Shown in pieces: positions 12,867 through 23,915 of a DNA stretch of 64,000 bases. Each line of letters starts with the position of its first letter. Position 1 is the first letter of the stretch. Below the pieces are notes generated by a model. That model searched no databases. It was given only the letters and a program-made list of their open reading frames with translations, and was not told the DNA's origin. The position numbers and the translations under genes were made by a program. Origin of the DNA: Paraspadella gotoi (taxonomy: Eukaryota > Animalia > Chaetognatha). The stretch spans positions 20,213,476 to 20,277,475 of the forward strand of contig CM119267.1 in NCBI GenBank assembly GCA_051294375.1. The letters are read 5' to 3'.

Positions 12867-13847
12867 TATTGTATTGCATACAAATATGCCATACTTGGTT
12901 AATATTTTTACAGTGGTCGTTTCTTGAATATGACAGTGTTACGTCTTAGCTTCCATTAACCCATGATTTTTAAGCTTTTCATCACTACTAAAATAAACTT
13001 ATTTAATTTTTTTTTCAAGGTAAGTAAAACAAAATTTTAGGAAAATTTTAATTAATATGTTTAAATCGTCAAATACTTTATGTATTTCTTACCATTTTGA
13101 CCTTTTTATTATGCATTCAGATATCTTACATGGTTAATTTAATTATCTGATAATATCGTTAATAAACTTTTTAATAAAAGTAAGTTTTAATAAAAAACAA
13201 ACCATAACAGTAACTTACCCGAACCTTACTTGCTTACTTTGAAATTTTTTTTACCAGAGGCATTATTATACTAATACTACAAATAAGTAGTTTCAAAAAT
13301 ATTTTTAACTGTTATGCCTTCGATTGAGATTAAACAATAAGTAATCAAACATTTTTCTTCCAAACAGCTCGGAGAAAACCGACAATAAATAAATCGTCTA
13401 AAAGCTAAGAAAGAGTATTATACGAATATTTGTTCAGATTTTATAAATCATTAAGAGTTTTAGAGTAATGATTTTTTTTTAAATTTTGTCTCGATATATG
13501 GTCCCACCCGTGTACTTTTCGCCATATATTCCGACCAGGAACCAACGTTCCGACCAAAGTTCCGACTAATGATCCACCGTCGTTACAATCTTTGTTCCGA
13601 CCGCGAGAAAATGCACGGCGATTCCCTTTCGCCCGAAACTCGAAAGCAGAAAAAAAAAATGAAGGCGATTTCCGCTGAACAAGAGGAAAAGCGGGGAAAA
13701 AGCAATAAAGCATCGACGATGGCGACGACGACGACGACGAAGACGAAGAAGACGACAACATCAAATTCAAATGTTGACATTAGGCTTGGCTCTTTCTCTC
13801 TCTCTCTCTCTCTCTCTCTGAGAGAGAGAGAGAGAGAGAGATGAGAA

Positions 13848-13905
<58 letters not shown>

Positions 13906-15110
13906 GAGAGAGATTAATTTCGATTTACTGCGCTTCAGAATAACAAAACGGAAATTGATTAGGGTTTTATAAAGCACGCTGACATTCCACAATAGTTTTT
14001 TTTCTTTTCTTTTTTTTTTTTGTTTGTTTATGCGAAATCCTCGTCGCGGGTGTTCCTCGTCCACACTGAACTGAGACCTTTCCTGTCCGATCGATGAAGT
14101 GTTTTTTTTAAGGGGGAAAAACTTGAGACAAAAGACAACAAAAAACATGAAAAAAAACACTTTGTTAATCAATTTATTAATAATTCCTTATAATATTGAT
14201 TCAACACCCAGGCAAAGGCCATCGACGAAATGAGCCGGAAAAGAAAAGAAAGAATGATACTAATCAGTGGAAAATGTATTAAAATTTGCAAACTAAACTG
14301 CGCGTGCGGGGATTTAACTTAAGCACCACCGAGATAATAAAACTATTGCTTGAAATTTTAAAAAAAAAAACGAACTTGTTTTCCGTAAAAAATATTTCGG
14401 TTAGTTAGATTTGAGATTTTGTCACGAAACTTTACCATTTTTCAATAACTAAAACAAACGCGTAACTTATTAATGTAAAGTTTGTCTTCGTATAAATGTT
14501 TTGTTAGAATATAATAAAAAATATTCCGCTGTTTCTTTCTCCAAAACTCGTGACGCGCAAGTTTTTCACAAAGTTAAAAAAAAGCGATCACAACGAATAA
14601 TTGCCTGTCGCTTTAAAAGTTATTTACATTTACAATTTCCGAAGCTCTCGAGCTGAACCCAGAATAATTTAACGATAAGCGCTCTCTCTCTCTCTCTCTC
14701 TCATCTCTGTCTTCTCTTCTCTTCTTCTCTCTCTCTCTCATCCTCTCTCTCTCTTCTTTCCTCTCTCTTAAAATTTGGAATGAAAATGAAATAGGAGATG
14801 ACGTAAATAGAAGGATATTTTATCTGAATTTTCTGAATAGAAAGTTGGAAAAAAGAAATTTTTTCCTCAAAACTCATGATCTTCAAAGTGACAAAAATTG
14901 TTGTGGGAAAAAACAAAGAAGAAAACCATCAGATAGAAAACGCGTTTGAACTTTGCATGCAAAAGATGGAGGGGAGGAATAAGAGGGAGAAAGGGAGGGA
15001 GGATAATGTTGAATAGAGAGAGAAAGAGAAAAGAGGGAGAGTCAGGGAAAGTTGGAAAGAGAGCAATAGGGGTAAAAGACGTGGACAATATAAAGAAGAT
15101 AATGTTGTGA

Positions 15111-15192
<82 letters not shown>

Positions 15193-18078
15193 ACAGAGAG
15201 AGAAGAGAGAGAGAGAGAAATAAATGAAGAAAGAAACAATCAGACAATATTTAATGCAATACGGCTTTAGGAGAGAGAGAAGAAAAAATAGAGAGTAAAA
15301 AAAGAGAAGAGAAAGAAAGAAAAGAAAGAAAGAAAGAAGAAGAAAGAAAGAAGGAAAAGAAGAAAGAAAGAGAAAGAAAAAAGAAAGAAAAAAGAAAAAA
15401 AGAAAGAAAGAGCAAGTAACGGCGACGTGAAGAGAGACGGCGGCGAGAGAACGAAGGCGTAAAAACAAATGAAATGAAAGCGAACAACATGACGCCAAAA
15501 CCTGACGTAAATCGGAGAAAAGCAGAAAAAAAAAAGAGATGGAACCGAGATGCGATGGAACCCGCGTCACCGCCGAGCGTCGGCGACGGCTGGCCATTTG
15601 ATTAACGCCCTCCCGCGCAATCGACAGAAAAAACAAAAGGGAAGCGACTGCGAATGGGAAAAAAGTTTTGTTGTCGTTGTTGTCGTTTGGTCTCTCGTCG
15701 TTGTCGACAAAACGGAATTTAACGAAATTTATGTTTTTTTTTTTTTTCGAGTTGGAAGATTAAAAAAAACAAAACTCAAACATAAATCGTCCGTTTATCT
15801 TCCCTACCTATTTTTGTTTTGTTATGTTTTGTTCTGTTGTTTTCATCCACCATCGAAACCCAAACCATGTCCCTTTTTTTTCACGGCACATTAACTTTTA
15901 TTTCTCTCCATCCATTAACCCCGCCTCTTTTTTCTCGCTCGGTCCTCACATTCTCTCACGGGCTTTTCACCAACTCTTGCTACATACCCTTCACTTTTCC
16001 TTTTCGAACCTTTTCTCATTCACGAAGGCATCTCTTTTAACAAACACCTAATTCTAATTCTAAACCCTATACTATTAAACCCCCTATAACTAACCCCTAA
16101 CCGATTCTTTAACCCTAACCTAATCGTTTTATACTTAAAAACTTACATTAATTCTCATATTCTCTTCATTCTCATACAATTGAAACATTCTTTGAAACAT
16201 TATACCACTTCATTGAAAGGGAAACCAGGTACTCTGGAGTGAATAACGAGTCTGTGAGAGTGTCTTGAAGGAAAGATTGCAGGGACTTGCTATGCCATTA
16301 TCTTGTAAGAGTGATGGAGGCCTGAAACCACCAAAGCCTGTCCAAAGTCTGGCGCGAGATAGCTTATTTATTAAATGAATAGATAATTTCTATATTGGTT
16401 TTACCAATTTCATTAAACTAAAGTGGGGCGCTTTTGGGAAAACATAGGGCTACAAATCGTTGCCCTATCTTCACCTTCCTCCCTCCTTCCCTTCTCACAA
16501 CTCGACTCTCAATTGTCACCCACTTCCGATGCCCTCCCCCGCCCCCCTCTATTCCCCCCACCCCTCCCCACTTCTATTCCCCCTCCTCCACCCCCGTTCC
16601 ATCCCTCCCGCGTCCACCGTCAGACATCGCGTTGGCAAAGCGTCAGTTTCTCTTCTTCCGCCCCATGGACACAAACGTCGATTCCAGATCAGATCCCGGT
16701 TTCCGTTTCAAGTCTCGATCCGTGCGTCGGCTGTTTCGTCGGTTGTTTCGTCGGTTGTTTGGTCGACTGTTTCGACGGCTGTTACGTCGGATGTTTCGTC
16801 GGCTGTTCTTCGCTGTTTCGTCGGATTTTTCGTCGGCTGTTTCATTGGCTGCTTCTTCGGCTGTTTCGTCGGCTTTTTCCGTCGGATGATTCGTCGGCTG
16901 TTTCGATGGCTGTTTCGACGGCTGTTTCGTCGGCTGTTCTTTCGGCTGTTTCGATGGCTGCTTGTTCTGCTGTTTTAAACAATCGTCGATTGTTGTTTTT
17001 TTTTTTTTTTTGTTCTTTTTTATTTCACTGATAATTTTGTTTTCACCATTTCATCCACTGTTCAGTTATTACTTGTCAGTTCATTAGTTGTAACAAAGCC
17101 GCGTCCCACAATTTTCCGATTTAGTCGTTTTATGCGCGCGTATGTATTGCATACAATAAATGCCATACTTTTTAATATTTTTAAGTGGTCCGTTCTGAAT
17201 ATACAGTGTTACGTCTTATCTCAAATTACCATGATTTAAGCTTTTCATCACTAACTAAATAAACTTATTTAATTTTTTTTTGCAGGTAAGTAAAACAAAA
17301 AATTTTAGGAAAAATTTAATTATATGTTAAATCGTCCAAATACTTTAATGTATTTCTTACCATTTTGACCTTTTTATTGATGCATTCAGTTCATAATATC
17401 TATACAGGCTTAATTTTTCTGTTATCTTAAATAAACTTTTTAATAAAAGTAAGTTTTAATAAAAATCATATCAAACGCATAACATGGCTACATTAACGAA
17501 CCTTACTTGCTTACTTTTGGAAATTTTTTTTCCACCAAGAGGCATTAATTATAACAATACCTACAATAAGTGTAGAGTTTCAAAAAATATTTTTTAACTG
17601 TTATGCCTTCGATTGAGATTAAACAATAAGTAATCAAACTTTTTCTTCGCAACAGTCGGAGAAACCGACAATAAATAAGTCTAAAAGCTAAGAAAGAGTA
17701 ATTATACGAATATTTGTTCAGATTTTATAAATCATTAAGAGTTTTAAGAGTAATGATTTTTTTTTTAAATTTTGTCTCGATATATGGTCCCACCCGTGTA
17801 CTTTCGCCATATATTCCGACCAGGAACCAACGTTCCGACCAAAGTTCCGACTAATGATCCACCGTCGTTAACAATCTTTGTTCCGACCGCGAGAAAAGCA
17901 CGGCGATTCCCTTTCGCCGCGAAACTCGAAAGCAGAAAAAAAAATGAAGGCGATTTCCGCTGAACAAGAGGAAAAGCGGGGAGAAAAGCATAAAGCATCG
18001 CGATGGCGACGACGACGACGACGAAGACGAAGAAGTACGACAACATAAATTCAAATGTTGAACTTAGGCTTGGCTCTT

Positions 18079-18116
<38 letters not shown>

Positions 18117-18331
18117 TCTCTCTCTTCTCTCTCTCTCTCCTCTCCTCTCTCCCCTCTCTCTCCTCTTCCTCTCCCTCTCTCTCTCATCTAATCTCACTTC
18201 ATTTTTTCAGGAGTTGGGTTTGNNNNNNNNNNNNNNNNNNNNNNNNNTATCACAGACATAGTCAATAAAGAAATAAACAAATACAGCCCGTTTTTCTTTC
18301 CGCTTTCTTTTTTCTTTATTTCTCCGTTAGT

Positions 18332-18387
<56 letters not shown>

Positions 18388-19292
18388 TAATTCTCTCCAT
18401 CTTTCTATTTTTATTTCTTCGTGATATTTATTCTTGTTTCCGAGTCCCTGTCGTTATTTTTTTTTCATATTTGATTATTTTCCTCTCTATCTCTCTATCT
18501 CTCTATATTTTNNNNNNNNNNNNNNNNNNNNNNNNNNNNNNNNNNNNNNNNNNNNNNNNNNNNNNNNNNNNNNNNNNNNNNNNNNNNNNNNNNNNNNNNN
18601 NNNNNNNNNNNNNNNNNNNNNNNNNNNNNNNNNNNNNNNNNNNNNNNNNNNNNNNNNNNNNNNNNNNNNNNNNNNNNNNNNNNNNNNNNNNNNNNNNNNN
18701 NNNNNNNNNNNNNNNNNNNNNNNTATAAATCGACGTAATCTCCGTCTCTCAGCGACAAGTGTCTGTCCTTCAGCAAAGGACGAACACATCCACTAAAACA
18801 GCTTCGCGCCGAAGGGCGGATTCGTCGCGTCCATTCCATCTTCGAGAGTTTCGTTTGTTTGTTTACATTTTGCATACGAATTAATCCGCTGACGATCGAT
18901 GAACGAAGTCGTTTTCGTCATCGTCGTCGTCTTCGTAGTCGTCAACTTCTTTTTTCTCTTCCCTCTTAACGACTCCTTCTCTTTCTTTCCGCCATCTTTC
19001 TTTATATAGTATCTCCGAGCGCCATCTTACTTTTTTATGTCCACAGAAAACGCAGTTTACTCTCCCGCTCGGGCAGACGCTCGGTGACTGACCCTCTCTC
19101 GCTCCTTACCTCGTTTTTATCGCTCGATATCCCGCCGAGTCACTTCGTCTTTATCGCGTTTGTGTTCAGTTCATCGCTCGCTCCCTTCCAGTTGGTTCTG
19201 CCTCACTTTCCTCCCTCACTCGGGATACGTATTACTTTCACCCATTGGCACTTTCTCTGCCTCACCCATCCCCCGTACCCTCTCTCACTCAC

Positions 19293-19703
19293 CCTCCGAA
19301 TTTATTTCCCCTTCCTCATCGACGTCCGAATCCTCGCGCACGTAATCCTCTTTTCCATCCGCGCGCGCATCTTCTCGCCCGCGCACGTGCCGACCTTCCC
19401 TCGAGCGCACGCGGAGTTCTTCCCAATCTCGAGCGAGAGCATCTTCCTCGATCCGCTCCGGGGTCTTTTCGCCGAGCGCGCGAGAAACGGCGCTGTTTCG
19501 ATCGAAGGCGACGAAACGCGAGGCGGCGGTGAAAGGCGGGGCCGAGGCCGGCGTCGGCAGCGGCGGCGGCAGCGGCGACGCCGGCGGCGAATCCGACGCC
19601 TTCGAACGCGCGAAGGCGACGCGTTTTCGCTTCGCCGCCGCCGACGTCGACGACGACGATAGCGACGACGAAGACGACGCCGTCGTCGTCGTCTTTATTT
19701 TTC
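19293..19703 (-). CDS. candidate internal coding exon (411 bp, phase 1-1) of an unidentified low-complexity protein with a KRKRVAF (NLS/RVxF-like) motif
   Basis: CATTTAG| acceptor and G|GTGAGT donor flank 137 open codons (GKIKTTTTASSS...AAAKRKRVAFARSK...PPPLPTP...ERIEEDALARDWEELR...EDSDVDEEGEINSE) within ORF 19285-19962. No homolog recognised. Confidence 0.4.
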
Positions 19704-19823
19704 CTAAATGCGACTTTGTTGACGCCGGAAAAATAACGTGAGGATTTCGACGCCGGGGGACGCGAATTCGGCGTCGTATTCTTTTTTTTTTAAGGCGACA
19801 AATCGGTGCCAGATTTTGAAAGC

Positions 19824-19877
<54 letters not shown>

Positions 19878-19878
19878 G

Positions 19879-19910
<32 letters not shown>

Positions 19911-20384
19911 CAGAGAGCGTCGGCGGGCGCGCGGCGGTCGATGCGGTTACGGGCGATCCCAAACGTCAAGCAATAGTTATAGGTGACGTAATCAGGCGAC
20001 AGTTTCGTCGAAGTAGTTCGAACGAATTCCATTTGAAGGCGCCATCTTGATGGGACGAGGCTCGAAATAAACGCGGAATTTTTGGCGGCGGAGCTTGACG
20101 TGGCAGAAGTGTGTCGTTGCCTGGTCGGAGGCGTAGTCTGGCGAGTGGCGTGGCCGGTCGATGGCGTGGCCTGACTAGTTGCCTGGCATGAGTCACACTT
20201 CTGGCAAAAAAAAACAAAAGACGTTCAATTAAATTGAAGGCAAATGAAATGAAAGACAAAAGTGATCGACCAAAAATGAAGAAGGAAAAATAATCGCAGA
20301 GAAAAGTTCGTGGTCGTCTATGACGACGAACGACGACGACCACGACGACGACGACGTCATTGACGACGGAGAAAATCGAGACAT

Positions 20385-20398
20385 GTTGCCATGGAAAC
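20385..20398. promoter_or_regulatory. consensus RFX X-box GTTGCCATGGAAAC in a CpG-rich island
   Basis: Matches GTTNCCATGGNAAC. A YY1-like CGCCATCTT lies at ~20040 and TGAGTCA at ~20189. Motif match only, no functional data. Confidence 0.35.
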
Positions 20399-21132
20399 GA
20401 TTCGTAGGCGGAAGCGCCGACATTGGCGGGCGGCGGCTAGTGATCTCCCAAGTTCGTAAAATCCGATGACGCTGCGGCGAATTCGCCGCCGGGAAAAATC
20501 GCGACGTCAGCGCGAATCCGTGGCGGAGAGAGGAAGCGAGCGGCGAAAGTTGCGGCGAAAGTTGCTGCGAAAGCGGCGGCGAAAGCGGCGGGGAACTTTA
20601 GGCAAACGGCCGCGATATCGACCGGGGAAAAGCGATTGCGAAAATCAATGATGACGGCGTCATGCCGCTCACCAAACATATATATAAACGAATAAATAAC
20701 TAAATAGTAAATAAGTTTACGGCGTTCTTCAGCGGAGACGCGACGATGCCGCGTCAAGAACGTTGTAAGAGTTTCGGATATTTTTTAAAAGAAGGAGAAA
20801 AAAAGAAACATTGGCGAGTAAAATGATTTTCTGCGTCGTCGAACGAATTCGATTTGATCGCCGGAATGGAATCGTGGCGCCCATCCGCGTGGGAGGACAA
20901 CGGCGACGTGGCGTCGAACTGTGCGGCGGCACGGCGGCTGCGGCACGGCGGCTGCGGGGGCAGCGATGTCGTTGATTTCGTCGTAATTCGCTGACGAGCG
21001 ATATCGCGACGAATTCGATTCGAGAAGGTAAGATGAGTGAGAAAATGGGTGAGGTAGAGGAGAGACGGATTTGAAGTTGGAAGGAGATTTGAAGGATTTG
21101 ATTTTTTTCTTATAAATTTTTTTAATATCTGA

Positions 21133-21211
<79 letters not shown>

Positions 21212-21329
21212 GTATCACTCTCTTTTTGGATTTCACTTTTCAGAAATCAATCAGAAAGGGCGGAAAGATTCGATTTTGAAGGGCGATATAAATTAATGAG
21301 GGAGGGCGTGACCAATAAGTTTTGGAGGG

Positions 21330-21680
21330 AAGATATCGATCAAAAGACGGCGTAATGAATCAGCTATAAGAGGCCATATAAACCAATCAGAGTGGGCGTG
21401 ATGATTCAGATTTAAGGGGCGATATAAACCAATCAGAGTGGGCGTGACGATTCAGATTTAAGGGGCGATATCAATCAATCAAATAAGGCGTGACGATTCA
21501 GCTATAAGAGACGATATAAACCAATCAGAGTAGGCATGACGATTTAGCTTTAATGGGCAATATATCAACCAATCAAATAGGGCGTGACGATTCAGCTGTA
21601 AGAGACGATATAAACCAATCAGAGTGGGCGTGACGATTCAGATTTAAGGGGCGATATCAATCCATCAAAGAGGGCGCGAA
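21330..21680 (+). repeat. 46-bp minisatellite, ~7-8 units of two variant types
   Basis: Type A is GATATAAACCAATCAGAGTGGGCGTGACGATTCAGATTTAAGGGGC; type B is GATATCAATCAATCAAATAAGGCGTGACGATTCAGCTATAAGAGAC. They mostly alternate. Confidence 0.9.
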
Positions 21681-23877
21681 GGTTGGATTGTGACGAGGTG
21701 TCGTCCCGGATGATGGATTTTCTCTCTGGCGACGAGACGTCGAAAATGAGGAGGAAGAGGAGGAGGAAGAAGAAGAGTCACGTCCTAAATAAAGACGAAG
21801 GATAATTCGTTTCGCAGGGTCAAGAGGTCATCTCGAGCTTTCAACCTGAGTTTAAAGGGAAAAAAACGTGTCTAACCGTTTTGACAACCAATTTTCGTTA
21901 GCTTACGTTTAAGTTAGAGCACGTTATATTTATTTTGAAATAAATGAATGACATTCTTTCATTCGTTTCTATTAGTTAAAATAAGAATTTTTAAGAATTA
22001 GACAATCCCTAAAATTTTAAATGTTTTTCGATCATTTTCTACGTATTTATTTTCAACCCCCCACCTAATTAACCTCCAAACTCACCGTGTCAAAAAAAAC
22101 AAACAAATATCCGACAAAAAAAAACCGTTACGCGCTTCGTCGCTTCGGTCGCCGTGTGACCACCCCCCCCCCATTTTCCAAACCGGCGTTTTGTCGGCCC
22201 TTGACGTCGACGTCGGCTTCGTTGTCGGCGGCGTCATTTGTCGTTTCGGTCGATAAATCGTTTTTGCGCGCCGCCAACTTCGTCGTCGCAGCACGCCGGA
22301 GCGCTCCTNNNNNNNNNNNNNNNNNNNNNNNNNNNNNNNNNNNNNNNNNNNNNNNNNNNNNNNNNNNNNNNNNNNNNNNNNNNNNNNNNNNNNNNNNNNN
22401 NNNNNNNNNNNNNNNNNNNNNNNNNNNNNNNNNNNNNNNNNNNNNNNNNNNNNNAGAGTAAATAGCGGATAACGAATAAGATAGAGAAAGAAGATTTGAC
22501 TAAACAATAATAATATAATTTGAAGAGACCCCGATCTCTTTCGCGAAAAAACCAACCGTATCTTTTGACGACGACAAAGGAGGACGAAAAGATGGAATCG
22601 GTCGTCGTTGTTGTTGTTGTTAGTCGCGGAGGCCGTCGACGGAGCGGGTCGGTCGTTCTCAAAGTATCCGACGTGAATGAATGGGTCATTGGGTCCTAGG
22701 GTCATTGAAAGATGTTGCGCTGACGGAGCGAAATAAAACTAAATATATCGTCTTGCTTAAAATTTAAAAAAAGTTTTATATTTAAAAATTAGTTCCTTTC
22801 GACTCCGACTCCGACAAAATTAGGCAAAACAAAATGGAATTAGTTTAATACCGAATTTGAATTTTATAAATTAATTCGGTGAGTTGTTTTTTTTGTTTAT
22901 TGCTTTTTTTTTCTCTCATTATAAAATTCGGCGAAAGCGCGTGGGCGGAAAATTTAAGATCCGAGTCAAAAGAAAATACGAATAAATTTATAGTCGACAG
23001 AAAATTTAAAAAAAAATTGTTGTCGAAAAAAATATTATAATAGTAAAATTGAATTTTAAAATCGCGCTCAATTTTCTTCGTCAAGGCCGAAGAGAGTATT
23101 TTATTGAGAGCTGAAAGTAATTACAACGTTGTCGACGAAGGACGGGATCGATCCATAAATTATTCAGGCGACAGCGATTCNNNNNNNNNNNNNNNNNNNN
23201 NNNNNNNNNNNNNNNNNNNNNNNNNNNNNNNNNNNNNNNNNNNNNNNNNNNNNNNNNNNNNNNNNNNNNNNNNNNNNNNNNNNNNNNNNNNNNNNNNNNN
23301 NNNNNNNNNNNNNNNNNNNNNNNNNNNNNNNNNNNNNNNNNNNNNNNNNNNNNNNNNNNNNNNNNNNNNNNNNNNNNNNNNNNNNNNNNNNNNNNNNNNN
23401 NNNNNNNNNNNNNNNNNNNNNNNNNNNNNNNNNNNNNNNNNNNNNNNNNNNNNNNNNNNNNNNNNNNNNNNNNNNNNNNNNNNNNNNNNNNNNNNNNNNN
23501 NNNNNNNNNNNNNNNNNNNNNNNNNNNNNNNNNNNNNNNNNNNNNNNNNNNNNNNNNNNNNNNNNNNNNNNNNNNNNNNNNNNNAATAAAAATATAAGTA
23601 GAAGAGCGAAAGACAAAAAGAAAAGAAAAGAAAAAATATGGGGGAAAAAAGAAAAGAAAAGAAAAGAAAAGAATGAATAAGAGAAAGACAGAACGAAAAA
23701 AGAAGGAAAAAAAAAGTTTAAAAAAAATTAAGCTGCTCATGAAAAACGCGATTCTAAAAAAAAAAGGAAACAATTTTTTTTACGCTTTTTTTCATTTTGG
23801 TTCGAGATTTTCTTTCGTCGAAACTTTGACTCGGGAGAACGAAAGATATCAACATCCCTTTGAGTGAATCCGCATCT

Positions 23878-23915
23878 GCCTCCGCCGCTGCCTCCGCCGC
23901 TGCCTCCGCCGCTGC
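23878..23915 (+). repeat. 12-bp tandem repeat (GCCTCCGCCGCT)n running into a gap
   Basis: Three units are visible before the N-run at 23916. Confidence 0.7.

Larger units (their letters stand above)
10475..13810 (-). repeat. third copy: inverted copy of ~7480-10190 and direct copy of ~15390-18090, carrying a 629-bp insertion
   Basis: AAGTAACGGCGACGTGAAGAGAGACGG occurs at ~10512 and ~15414; TTAGGCTTGGCTCTTTCTCTC occurs at ~13780 and ~18064. Confidence 0.93.
15101..21957 (-). repeat. right arm of the ~6.85-kb inverted repeat (likely the primary copy)
   Basis: Mirror of 3627-10470. It has cleaner microsatellites and an intact reading frame at 19293-19703, contains a sized N-gap, and continues into unique sequence after 21957. 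Confidence 0.9.
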
